DNA from: Dicyema japonicum
Taxonomy: Eukaryota; Animalia; Dicyemida
Length of the DNA: 64,000 nucleotides
Direction: 5' to 3'
Assembly (NCBI GenBank): GCA_011109175.1
Contig: RDEW01000006.1
Coordinates: 967,232 to 1,031,231 of the forward strand
Part shown: piece after piece, positions 37,110 through 49,822 of the stretch
Layout: every line of letters starts with the position of its first letter
Numbering within the stretch: the first letter of the stretch is position 1
The notes under the pieces: generated by a model
Told to the model about the DNA's origin: nothing
Database searches by the model: none
The model's input: the letters and a program-made list of their open reading frames with translations, nothing else
Position numbers and translations under genes: made by a program

Positions 37110-37950
37110 AAAGACCACTGTTAACTAAGTGATCCCGACGAATTGAATCAAGGCTCTTTGCTCGATGTTGATCCCTTGAGCCTACACAAGTTCGCTGAAG
37201 GCGAGCACTTCCTTCTTGGCATTGGTGTCCTGTTTTGTTTTTTTTTCAATTAGTGTCTCCAAGGCGGTCGGTGATTTGAAATTTTCCCCGGTATACCATC
37301 TTTCAGTTAGATTGAAGGCCCTTTTCTGGGTTGTAGAAATTTTCTGAGTGTTCGTATAAAAGGCCAATGGTCTCAATCAAGCACGCGCTTATGAAATGCA
37401 TGGCTCGATGTACTGTGAGTAGAGCGTTTTAAGTATAGGCTGATGTCCAATTTTCCATAGACCTGTAGACATTTCAGAAGGTTGATTTTCTTCTCACATT
37501 TGTTCAGCACGTTGGTGACGTGTCTCGAAAAGTTCATGTGCGTATCGAAAGTTACACCCAAAATTTTTTGCCATTTGCTGAAAGGCAATCCTCTTCCCTC
37601 CGCAGTAACTTCTATTGTCCTGTTCGACAATCTTTTGTCCGAGGTACAGAGAGTTGTAACAGATTTTTCGGTATTGATTGACATCCGATTTTCATTAAAC
37701 CACTCGAGTAGTCGATCGAGGTGTTGTTGTATTCTTCCCGTCGCTGTTTGGATGCTCTGATCCCGTGAGGCCAAGACGATATCGTCTGCATAAGCCAGAA
37801 GCAGGTCGTCTTCTCCATTCGGCGTGGCACAAAAATCCAGAGCGAATAAAGTTAGTCAGGGAGCTGAGGAAGCTTTTGTGGACCGATCCTTTTTGAAACA
37901 ATGCTGGAACAGTTTATCGGAAGTCCTTTCAGTGATTTTTGCGAGGATGA
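37110..37950 (-). mobile_element. Family-A LINE RT/3' fragment
   Basis: AYADDIVLASRDQSIQTATGRIQQHLD, QKILGVTFD, YIEPCIS; tail gggatcacttagttaa. Confidence 0.85.
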
Positions 37951-37974
37951 ACTTTGTTTTTGTGAGAGATTTTA

Positions 37975-38135
37975 GCGTAGTATTTTATTAAGGCGTTTAG
38001 ATCTTTTTAGCTGAATTCGTCATTTCCGGAAGGGGGTGAAGGAGTAAGAAATGTTCTTAACTTCTTTTTTTTGTTGCGTGTAAGTCCCTATAGACAATCC
38101 GGGGTATCACTGATGACGGTGTCACTAGTGAAACC
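37975..38135 (-). mobile_element. SINE subfamily copy with the shared core but a different 3' tail
   Basis: Core gacaccgtcatcagtga..ggattgtcta..aaaaaaagaagttaagaacatt is shared; the downstream ccttccggaaatgacgaattcagc tail is unrelated to that of 34228-34546. Confidence 0.7.
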
Positions 38136-40199
38136 AATAACATTGTAGATCCATGGAGCCTTCAGCTGGGATGGGCAATCAGACATTTTAATTGGTTCTG
38201 AGTATTAAAAGACTTAACGGTCAACGCTTTTAAATGTGTTTTTATTTTAACACAAACAATGGTTATATTTAAATTATTTTATGTCAATATAAAGAAAATA
38301 TTCCAATTATTTAAATGTTTTAATTGACAATAAAAACAATACATATGGTTTAATGTTTGGCCCATTTATTAAGAACATTCGAGAAGTAATAACCCTTTCC
38401 TTTGTTCTCCCCCTGGCGGATTTATCAAAGTTCTTCCAATTTGCCCAGACGGGATGCTAAAAGGGACATTATTGATGCTTATTTATTCTAAAACTTGGGT
38501 TTCTGAAGTTTAGGTTACCACCTCGATGGAATGAAGACACAGTATACTATAACTACCCCATAGTACAACAGAGCTATTAGCTCATCCTCCCTAAAACTAG
38601 TTGATAAATGGAAACTTGACTGAATGCGAACTTGCCCTCTCAATGAACTTTTCCAATTTAATGCGAAACAATTACCGTTTTCTTATCAACGTTTTTACGA
38701 AAGGGAAATTTCCATAAATTCAGTTTCAGTCTTATTTGCCGCATTTGAAATGGTTTTCCGTTCTGTGATTAATAGGTGTTGCCTCCTTCCGACTTTAATG
38801 CAAGAAATGACCAAGAAATGTATCGGTGTCCACTCGGAGAATGGCATAGACCAGGAGAAATCTGCAATCCAATACTAGCTTCGATTTTTGGGTAAATTTA
38901 GCTTTATTTTAAAGATCCGCCGATGACTGGGATCAGCTAAGAGTTGAGACTAATATTTAATTGTAGGAAAATATGAGGAAGGATGGAGGCAACTAATTCT
39001 CTTGGGTTTCTTTTCGGAGTCTAATAAATTTTCCACGTTTTTCAAGTTCTATTTATGATAACTTCATTCGTGTCAGAATAGCTGTTGATTGAAGGGTGCT
39101 TGGCTCACATCACCAAGTAAATCCTTGAGAGAACCCCGGTTTTCGTGGTTATTCCACCAATCTGGCTCAATGCTATATGGGGGAGGACTTTTGATCTCTT
39201 AAGATAGCTTCTCCGTTAATATTTTTGCATGCCTGTCCTGAGTGTATTAAGCAATCAGATAAGTTAATTGGGGTTTAATCTTATAAATTCCATTTAACCA
39301 ACATCAACCCACAAGTAGATAATTGTGAGAGATATTCTGACCACGACATAGAATGGGAAGCTACTTTGAGTCGAAACTAGTACACCATAGTTGACTTACC
39401 TTTATGATTGGGGGATTCAATATAGTCCACCATTTTTTGTTAATTGTTACTCAGAACATTCAATTCTACAAAGATATTGATTGTACCATGTTTTATCATT
39501 AGCACACTCTGACTAACTAGGGGATCTTCAGACAGATGACCCTCATGTTCTTTCAATTTTGGGCCCAACTGGATTTGAATCCGGATGTTTCCTCCATTTC
39601 CATTGTTCTTTATTTTCATATTTTCGTATGTCTCCTAAGTCGCCCATCATACCATTCTCACGAGAGGGAAGAGAATGGCTGTCATACATCATGAAGCTAA
39701 ATGGACACTGTGCAATTGAATTTCATCACCAGCCTTCTGCCAGTTAACCACAATGTTCGATATCTCGTCACTAATGATGACGATACAATATTTTGAATTT
39801 CTTTATTTCTAAGTAACTGTTGTTTCCCCAAACCAAAACTTATAGAAGGAACCCTTTTCGGATTATACCTTGTGACCCGATTTTTTTACTCCCGGTATCT
39901 TTTTGACGTCCGACTAGGAATGGAATTTTATAAATGAAACAAAAAGGTTAAATGTAAGCTGAAATAGAATAGATTCGCTCTATCGGTCTTATAATTAGTG
40001 GAAACGAGTCTGGTGGCGTCAGAGCATAAGTGGAACCTCATCTGAAACTTACAAGGCTAGATTATATGAAACGGGACAAGCTACAGATGGAAAGTGGGGG
40101 AGATATATAGGAACATTTGAATAATCTAGTTTATGTTGATTTTACCGCTAATTCTTTATATATTCCACTTTATTTTTTCGTAACTCACTTAGACATTTT

Positions 40200-40680
40200 A
40201 TGTCTCATTTTGGTCGGAAACAAGTAAATTTGTTAGTTTTTTCAGTTTCACTACTGATGTCAAACAACTCTGGGACCTGGGGCACCTCAAAAGAGAAATT
40301 GGAGAGGCTAGACTTGTTTTACAGGAATCATCTAAGAAACATAACTGGAATGTCCGAGATCTCGCAGAAAGGACTGTACATTAAGTGTGAGTGTACACCA
40401 TTAAGTCTCGAGATCATTAGCTCTCGTTGGAAACTTTTGGACACGTCCTGATGTTGGACCTGATATCCCCCCGAATATCCCAATGGAAGATTACTACTCT
40501 TCCAATGTAAAACGCTTTTGTGGAAGACCGAAAACTACCCTCCGGGTCGTTTTACAAAACGATCTTAAAGCCGTGAAGAAAACATTGCCATCTGATGACG
40601 ATCTGGATACACTGAGGACCTAGCTAAAACAGGAAACTTGATGCAAGCTAACTAATTCTCGTCAAAACTCATGGAGAGGT
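40200..40680 (+). mobile_element. RTE LINE 3' fragment
   Basis: NSGTWG, LERLDLFYRNHLR, RWKL, GRPKTTL parallel 8300-8750. Confidence 0.8.
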
Positions 40681-41399
40681 GAGAGATCACATCGACCTAT
40701 CTACTATTCTTGGCAAATTTCATGCGCTATGGGTTTTTCGCAGGCCTTAACATCTGAAGACTCAGCTCTATTGACATAGACATTTGACTCAGTATCAAAA
40801 AAGATCTTTAAATGGAAAAATTATGAACAGTAATCGCTGGTAAACTCAATCTCTAAATGGTTAATTACCTCGACGGTCAGAGGAGACTGACATTTAAAGT
40901 CTTCTTCTCAACTGCATAACCAGTCTTGAAAGGTCCGTCACAACTTTTTGTACATTGGACAAGAAACTGAATAGACCGAAAGTTGAATTAAAGATAAAAA
41001 ACTAAATTACTCCCTTCAACAGATCTCAAAAGATCCTTCATGACGTAGATATGGTGACAAAATGCAGAAAAAGTACCAAAGTCGGACGTTTTAAATATTA
41101 TTCCATTACATGTTATTGTAGTGTGGAAAGCAACATTTTAGTGGATTTTATACAAAATCAGTGAATTTGGATTTCAAATTATTATTATTGTAGACCAGGA
41201 AATCACCATTAAATCAAAAGTATCGTACGACGCGTTTATCTTAAAATGGACTTATTTTGTCTTCAATTATGAGCGAGACAGTTTATAAACACTAAAAAAG
41301 CTTTTATAAACAGATCTTATTTTTTTCGGACTCTTGTTCACTATTTTCTAAATCTTATAAAGAAATTTTCCTCCTCCTATTTCTAAATCTTATAAGCAC

Positions 41400-43850
41400 C
41401 CCATGAGAATCATTCGTCCATTTGGGCTCCATAAAAATGAGTAAAGCTTGCGCCGAAACGCTGTCGAGTTGGCTGTGCCTCTCTTGTATTGGAAAGGAGG
41501 TCCCCAGGCTGGAAAAATAGCTTAGCAAACTTTACACTACCACATACTGACCACATTCTCTTGAAGATCTCGAACCTCCGGAAAGCCAGGAAGATCCCAG
41601 TAAAAATCCCTAAAAGAGTACGAATTGTTGCAGCAACGTGTCTTTCAGATGCCATTGATCACGCACTATCTTCTGACAGTTGGGAATCCTGGCTAAAACT
41701 TATATGCTTTGCACCTGTCGCACTCGGAATACCTACAAAGGAATCTGAAGATAGTAATAGAGAAACAAATTCCCGGCTCAACTTATCCGAGAAACTGAAA
41801 CGAAACATAATCAATTTTAGCAGTAATAACATACACGCAATACTTGAACAGCCACTTAATGTCAATGAGGTCGAAACCAGAGGAGCATACACCAAAGATG
41901 ATCCCAACAAACTAAAGGAGAAAGTAAACCGAAAACTTCTAAAGGGCGACCTGCGGGCAGCTCTATGGGTTATCACGTCTGATGGCACAGTATTGTCTTG
42001 TACCCCGAGGTCTTGAATACCTTAATACTGAAGCACCCAGATGCACCGACTGACTATGAAAAGTTTTTGAATCCTGAAGGAACCCCGGAGATATCATTAC
42101 AGAATCCGAAGTGCGCCGCGGAATAGCTTCCTTCGCGCTAGCAGCGGAAGAGGCTTGGAAGGGTTACGTCCTGGGCATATTAAGGACCTTACGTCCACTT
42201 ACACCTCGGAAGCTGGACGCTGTCTTGTCAAATCAATTACGGACCTAATCAGAAAAATGGTTAACGGTGACATCCCAGAATATGCCAGAGAATTGCTCTT
42301 CTCCGCAAGGCTACTTGCATTCAAAAAACCAAATGGGGGAATCCGCCCCATTCCGGTCGGAAACTATTTTAGAAGACTTGCAGCAAAAGTAGCATCGACC
42401 CTGGTGAGCCGACAACTTGGAGAAGAGTTCTTTCCTAAACAAATGGGTGTTAGTATCCAGAACGGATGTGAAGCTGCGGTTCGCAGCAAGGCGTTTCTTC
42501 ACACACAGAAATATTTCAAATGAATGCATTGGAATCAAGTTGGACATAACGAATGCCTTCAATTCTCTCAGAAGAGATAAAATTATGAAACGTGTTGGAA
42601 GAGGGCTCCAAAGCTTTTCCTTCTTGTCAATTTATTCTATGGGGAAGATACGTTGATAAATTATATTTCCTCGGATGCCCACTCAGCGAAGAAGAACTCA
42701 AGAACCATCTACTTTCCAAAAATGAAGAATTAACACGCAACTCGCAAAAAGATTGTCATGTCTCGACTCTCACACATTATTCTTTCTTATAAGAAACAAC
42801 ATCGGACTACCCAAGCTTTTATATCTACTCCGATGTTCACCCTGCTACGAACAATACGACAGTCTACTCTCGATAGACAAATCTCTCAAACAAACTGTTG
42901 AGTAATTAACGTCCGCTTCGATGAACTTAGTTGGAAGCAATGTAAGCTTCCTTCTGGATTTGGGGGTATCGGTCTAAGATTTGCGCTGGAGGTTGCGTAC
43001 CCGGCATTTCTGTCTTCTCTCTCAAACTGCAGTCATTTGACACGGCAAGGACTTCGCTGGAATGAGTCATTTGACGAAGCTTGTTGGAAATGAAACGAGT
43101 CTGACTCAAAATCCCCGAAGACACAACGAAGCAAAGTAATTGGGATAACATTGTCTGCTCCAAAATTTTGGAAGACCTTAAAAAAAAAAATCAACATCGT
43201 CTGGCTTGTTTGGTGTCAGCTTCAAGTGGAAGGAGTGGAGCATGGCTTTGACGATTGATATCAGACAAAGGCTAGGACTAGATGTTTTTCAGGAGCTCCG
43301 ATGCCGATGCGGGAAAATAGTCGATACGAAGGGATTGTACCCGCTGTATTGCAGAAGAAGCGGCGGTCGAGGACCATGTCACGCAGCTCTGAACGATGTG
43401 ATCGTCAAAGCAATGAAGGCTACAGGCTTCCCATCGCATCTTGAACCAGTGGGTCTCGATCGAGGAGATGGAAAGAGACCTGACGGGATGACCCTTTTCC
43501 TTTACACATCCGGAAGATCTTTGTTCTGGGACGCAACTTGTGTTGACACATTTCAAGCACGAATCTTTTCAAATCGGTTCAGACACCTGGAGCAGCTGCT
43601 TTTAAAACCTAAAAATCAAGAAATATTCTTGCCTCGGGACCGCTATCGATTTACTTATGTTGCGGTAGAGTCATCGGGAGCCGTTGGTCCAATGACGGCT
43701 GATTTCTTGCGCGAACTCGGAGGAATGCTTGCCAGAAAGAAAAGGGATCAACGAGAATGGTTATAGCTGAGACAAAAGATTGGAATGGCCATACTCCGAC
43801 GGAACTCGTTTGCGATTCACGCAGCCGGATTCCTCAACTAACATTTGTTT
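41400..43850 (+). mobile_element. Degenerate CRE-clade non-LTR retrotransposon (RT plus zinc finger plus RLE)
   Basis: IPKRVRIVAA, GLRPGHIKDL, KKPNGGIRPIPVGNYFRRLAAK, KLDITNAFNS, CRCGKIVD, LEPVGLDRGDGKRPDG, WDATCVDT, AVESSG, IGMAILRRN. Confidence 0.88.
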
Positions 43851-43922
43851 TTTTGTAAAATAATTATAAATATATAAATAATTGAAAAGTATTTAAATAA
43901 AAAATAGACAGAATTAATTAAA

Positions 43923-44398
43923 ATGATCGGCCTAATTATCCTTGTTTTACTTTTATTTGATAATTATTTTATTTCATCTAAAATTCATTTCAAATACGAA
44001 TCAAACAATCATTCCATTAAAGTCGACGAATATTATGAAATCCAATGGAATAATTTTATGGAAAAATTCGGTTATCTTTATTTTCAAATTTTACAGATAA
44101 ATCATATTCGGGTTTAGAACTCAAAGTTAGAAAGTCTATTTTCATTGAAAACTTAAGAATTATTGAAAAACACAATTTACTTTTTAATCAAGGAAAATTT
44201 ACCTATGAACTGGGAATTAATCAGTTTGCTGACATGGTTAATTCACAATATATTTTGTAGACAAGAAGAGAATTTATCAAACCAAACAAATTTGATTTAT
44301 ATAATACTCAGAATGAATACGAAGATGAATTACTTGAAGATTATACAACGCCTGCAAATGGAAGTTCTCGAGATCATTTAATTAATTTAGATAATTAA
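43923..44398 (+). CDS. Propeptide-only (I29 inhibitor domain) cathepsin L-like paralog, 141 aa, 3 exons
   Basis: Exons 43923-44070, 44097-44236 and 44261-44398 (introns 26 and 24 nt, GT-AG) form an open 426-nt CDS. It has a signal peptide, ELKVRKSIFIENLRIIEKHN and GINQFADM, then stops before the mature domain. Confidence 0.72.
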
Positions 44399-44517
44399 AT
44401 TAACGATTGATGTTCTTGGGTATTAAATAAAAAATTTTAACATTTAAAATTTTTAAATCCCCAGATATTTTGGATGTTTCAATCTGGAGGAAAAATACGT
44501 AAAACCATAATATTTAT

Positions 44518-44626
44518 TGTGTGGGGTCAGGGAGGAGCATTGGGCCAAGTTTAGGTCTCTGCAGAGAGTGCTGGGATCACTTGATTAGTTAGTTTGGTGT
44601 AACCGTGGTCTCTGGTGTTATTATTA
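44518..44626 (+). mobile_element. 109-bp family-A LINE 3' insertion with TSD
   Basis: 18-bp TSD taaaaccataatatttat (44500-17, 44627-44). Confidence 0.9.
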
Positions 44627-44899
44627 TAAAACCATAATATTTATAGTTTCACCCACGTGTGTTTCAAACTAACTAAGCGATTCCACTTCGCAGTCATATG
44701 CACCTCTCTCAAATCATTCTGCTCATTTCATTTTCCTTTTGAAATGCTTGAGATCAGTATCTAGTATCCCAGGTATTGTGATTCGCGGGCTTTTACATAA
44801 ACGTAATCCAAGCACTTTTCTATCGCTATATTAGCTGGGGTATCCATTTTCAATCTCAGTATATGTCCGAAGAGCCTCCATCTAAATCAGTCATCTCGA

Positions 44900-45960
44900 G
44901 ACTCAAAGGATTAGTGGAGCAAACAATACTAAAAGCTTTTTTTATTTTCATTGGCCAGTTCAAACCGGACATTGTCCTCAGCTGTCTTTGATTAAATGAG
45001 TCTATGCCCTGTTCCTCAGCTTTGGACATCTCCCACGTTAATGAATTATATAATAGACTGGTTTAACAAGGGTATTATATAGTCTTAGCCTGAATGATGT
45101 ACTTGATCGTATTCCATCAATCCAGTCCTTTTTAATTTTGTTCAGCTGTAACGAGGGTCTTTCTTCGAAGAATGTCCTCACTGTCTGCAAGTAATGATCC
45201 GAGCTTATTGGTCTTTCTCCATTGTTAATCAGATCTTCTTTCCATTCTTCTACTATCAACTATTTACGTTTTGCAAACATTCATGGTTAGGTACCATTTT
45301 TTGAGTTCATTGTGAGCTACTTCCGATAGGCGAATATGGACTGATCTATCTCTCGATATAAAGTCAGTAGCGTAAATGGATTCTTCTATGTTACCTTCAT
45401 AAAATTTTCGAAAATCAAGAACTTTTTCATATTCAGAGTCAGAGTCCAGAAATCTTTCCACTGTCTTCATTCTACTACTGAGAGACCTCTACGCACTATG
45501 TTGAAGGTCCTCGATAATTCGATGCCGATGATTGTAGTAGCGTTTTGGTATCTCTGATTTTCAACGTTAGCCACTTTTGGATCCATACTATATCCTTCGT
45601 TGACCTCCCTGTCCTGAATCCACTATGTCAAGATAGTCGTCCACTCGATCCTTAGGCTGTTCAGTGTAACCAATGCCAAGATTTTACATGGAGTATTGAG
45701 CGAAATTATTGGGCGTAGATTTTCCACTGGGCCAACTGGCTTGTTTGGTTTCTGGAAGGGATTAAAAGTCTAGATCCAATCGATAGGTATTCTTTTCTGG
45801 AAACATAGATTTGAGAAGTTCTATAATTTTATCAATTTTCACATAGGTTTATATTTTAGGAATTCTGGGTTAATGTTGTCTGGTCCAGGGGAACGACCAC
45901 TTTTCGATTTGTCCATTGCTCTTACTTCCTCAAAGGTAATTGATTTTTCTCGTTCAGGTT
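44900..45960 (-). mobile_element. Degenerate RTE-like LINE RT fragment
   Basis: PGPDNI, DFISRD, LKKWYLTMN, RLYNTLVKP. Confidence 0.7.
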
Positions 45961-46049
45961 ATCCAGTGAATCTTGTAAGCGAGTACCCGCTGTGTGGATG
46001 CACTGATTTCTTTCCCAGAATAAAGTCGTCGACGTAAGCAAGGAATAAG

Positions 46050-46500
46050 GAATCGTCGCAACCGTAGGAGGGCATGTCGCTCATGAATAGGTCGAAGAGA
46101 ATCGGAGAGAGGGGGATCCTTGCGAGACCCACTCCGGCAGATATTTAGTGACTGAAGATGTGGAATGGGAGGTTACTCTTGGTCAAATCCAATTTTTCAG
46201 GTTGTTTGGAATGTTAGAGCCATAGATCTTCCTAATGAGCAGGTTTCTCGGTATTGAGTCAAATGCCTTATGTATGTCAATGGAGCACATAATGGTCTTT
46301 TGATGTCGAGGTTTGCGTTGAGGGTTATTGCAACTGGGACAATTTTTGGCGAAGATTAATATGTTTTAACCCGTCCTTATCGCAAAATGTCGGAAGGAAG
46401 GCTGTATGAACACCAGGAAAAGATGCGAAGACTGCTGAAGGAGGCCGGGATCACCTGAATTTTCTCATTCTGGTATAACGGTGGTTTTTGATTAATAAAT
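46050..46500. mobile_element. LINE RT fragment (minus, 46050-46390) abutting a family-A 3' end (plus, 46390-46500)
   Basis: PLSPILFDLFMSD and AYVDD on minus; RRLLKEAGIT* tail on plus. Confidence 0.7.
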
Positions 46501-47741
46501 TTAAATGAATCTATATAGAGCTGAAGACACAGTGAGAACGGTTAAGAATTAGGTCCACAATTAGCACTACCATATTATTTCATGAACAGGAAATTGATTG
46601 GAGAAGAGAACTTGTAAGCCGACTGACTTTCTTTCCCCGGACCAGGTATAGACAAATCGGGTTTGCCATCAAATGCTGATGCAACTAAAAGGGAAAACGG
46701 CGTCAAGGTCTCATAAAAAGAAAAAGGATTTTATTACTGTGACAAACTGAGAATGAATTCGATTGAATACAAGCCGTTGAATGTTGATACTTAATAGATC
46801 GTTTTAAAAAGTTCTAACAGAAAAACAAGCTTTATGGAAGCGGGAAATTTTATTACTCTTAAACTTGAAACGGTAAAGTTAGGGAGAAAACCAAAGGTTA
46901 AGAAACCAGTTTTGAGTTTGAAGTAAGGCTGACTGGGTCAGTATGTATCTTCTGCGGTGATGACCCTTTATTACATTTTCCATGAATTACGCATCCAAGT
47001 GATGTAACATTTCCCTAATGTTTTTACAGTATTTTTGTATCGAGGCAGCAATTTAAAATTTAAATCAAGTGGATAGCCAATTGATAGCATATCTTCTGGA
47101 TCTAATAATTAAGATCTGTTTTGATCTTATAGATTTATCTTGAAAAGCGTGGCAAGAGACCATAGGATTTTTATTAGCTCGCAAACCCAAGATTAATTAA
47201 AATTCATAAAATTCACTGGATTTGGATCTTTCGTCGGGGTTGTCATAATGAAACACTGCATTTCTCTTCCTTTTTAAGGACCCCACTTACCTCACACGTG
47301 AACAACTTTGAATAGTCTTGATTTCTATAGCTCAGTCTCAATTAATATCAAGACGTACCCTGATAATACCAACAGGCCCGCCTTTAAAAAAACGGGAATT
47401 AACCAGGGTTATCCTGGTCATCTCTGATTTGTTTGATGGAAGTTCTCTTTTTGAAGAGAGCCATCAGTATAAACTTAGCATGTTCTCTCATATTTTTATC
47501 TTCTATTCCGTCTTATTAAGAACTTAATCAGGCTCATTTAATACAAAAAAATTGTATGTGCAGCAAAAAATATAAGAGTTAGTTTGCTCGTTCCAGGCTT
47601 TTCTGTTCTTCAACAAAAATATCATATCAATTAAATTATAAATGTAAATAAAATATTTTTTTTAATATTCAAAACAAGTTTTTGGCGACCTCGTTGTTGA
47701 CTGTAAATTTCGCTATTTATACAAACAGGGACATTTGTTAG

Positions 47742-49822
47742 ATGAGTGAAATTTCTGAGACAATTAACGCTAAGAGGGAGTACAGAGGATGCAAGGTGAG
47801 GATAAATTCTCACATTAGATTGATGGACAACTATTACTCAACAAAGCCGACATTTCCTTTGTCCCGAGATCAAAAAAGGACTCTATAAGAATTGAAAGGT
47901 CGAAGATTTTAAAACTGGGTCACTACAAAACCACGAAAACTCTTAATGGTCTCCGAATTCTTACCCATGATGGTTCCGTGGAACGGTTCGACGATTTCAG
48001 CGAATCGGTATACTATAAATTTGCCTTATGATAGGATTTGGACAAAATCCGCAGATTTACCGCTAAAAACTACGGTTTCGAAGTCTCAGAGATTCTCCGC
48101 AGCTATTCGGGGACTAACTGTGGCCAAATCGATTTTGAAGGTTAGAAATATCCCCAACTACCAGGGAACTCTCTACTCTTCAAAGTCCAGGACAAACCGG
48201 CCTTCGAAATACCGTTGCACAACATCTCCCACACGACTCACAGTCGCTCTGAGGTGGTAACGGAATTCCATCAAAACGAAGACTGTTTGGTCTCCTTAGT
48301 GGAAATGCGGTTCCACGTGCCGAATGACCCCGAGTCTGAGGCTGCTGAGGTTACATATAACTCACATTCAGGCGATCTACAACACCATAATGGCCAAAGC
48401 CGACGTGATCAAAGCCACCAGCAGCGCTATCGTTACCTTCGCAGAGGCCTACTGTCTTACCCCCAGGGGACGGTTTGATCTGAGAATTTACAACCGCTTT
48501 CTGCAACTTCGAGGAAAAACGGTTGACTATAAGATTCCATATTCAACAATTTTACGAGGATATGTCCTCCCAAATTCAGAGAACCGAGGGATCTTCTATG
48601 TGGTTTTCATTATTGTTGACTATAGCTGAACATTGACCCCCCAATAAAGCAAGGACAGACGAGGTATCCCTTCCTGGTGTTTCAATTCGACCAAGACGAG
48701 CATACGGACGTAGAATTAGCCTTTAACGAGTACCATAGACTCTTATTTTAGTGAGATCGAGCGGAAGTGTGTCGACGGGAAGCTCAGCAGGCACATGAGT
48801 GGAGAGTTGTTCGACATCCTGAGCAGGATTATTTCCGTCCTCTCTGGTTCCAAGACAGTCCGACCAGAGACCTTTGAAAAGTCGGTTTCCTCTTATGCTT
48901 AGTTCCTCCCGTGGGAGATACATTGGCTGCTCATACAAGGCCAATAACGGTTATCTGTTCCCACTTGAGAGGGGGTTCATATTCGTTCATAAGCCTACGA
49001 TCTTCTTCCGATATGAGGATATTCTCCACGTATGCTTTGACCGCTCAGGATCAGAGGAGATGCGATCCTTTGACTTTATTATCGTGACCAAACAGGTCTC
49101 GGTCCCTTTCGTCTTTGGAGGGATGATGAAGTTACTGTTTTTAATGAGTTTAGAGTGGACTATGAGAATTTATACAATTTTGTGACAAAGAAGAACGTTT
49201 CCGTGGTTTCCGCGGAATCTAAACAAAAATCTATCGGGTTTTATGTTGTAGGGACTTTAGTGGAGTGGTTTCGGATAATGAAGTATATGAGGATTCGATT
49301 GGGGATCTCAGTTCAGGACTAGACTCTGACGATGAGGGTTAGGTTTTCTGGTGACCTAAGATGTCAATTCTCAGGAATTGGAGGCAAAAAGCAGTTCGGA
49401 AGAGTCCGATTCCATGATGTTGGAGGATAGCAGTCATTATGATGACGGCTCTATGAGGTCGCAATCACAGGGGAGGAAGTCTGTCCAGTCGTCAAAGAAG
49501 GGAAGCACTGCTCGAAAACGCAAGAAAAGAGACCCTACAATGCCTAAGAAGCCAATGTCAGCGTACATGTTCTGGTTGAATGAAAACCGTGCGAGGATTA
49601 AACGGGAAAATCCCTCTTTTTCTTCTGTAACTGAAATTGTGAAGCTCGCTGGTAAATTATGGAAGGAATTGACAAATAAGACTGTAATTTTTGTTGTTAC
49701 TTGATCAGAGGTGGGAAAATATGGCTTTTGCTGCTAAGGAGAAGTATGATGACGAGTTGAGGCGGTGGAAAGCGAATAATGGTTCTAAGGCTTCTAAAAG
49801 TTTCAGCGGATATTATGATTAG
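47742..49822 (+). CDS. SSRP1: FACT complex subunit SSRP1, 607 aa, 12 exons
   Basis: Eleven GT-AG introns (23, 27, 24, 22, 23, 22, 22, 23, 23, 23, 25 nt) give an open 1824-nt CDS. Motifs [59 protein letters not shown], an acidic region and the HMG box [16 protein letters not shown]. Confidence 0.95.
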
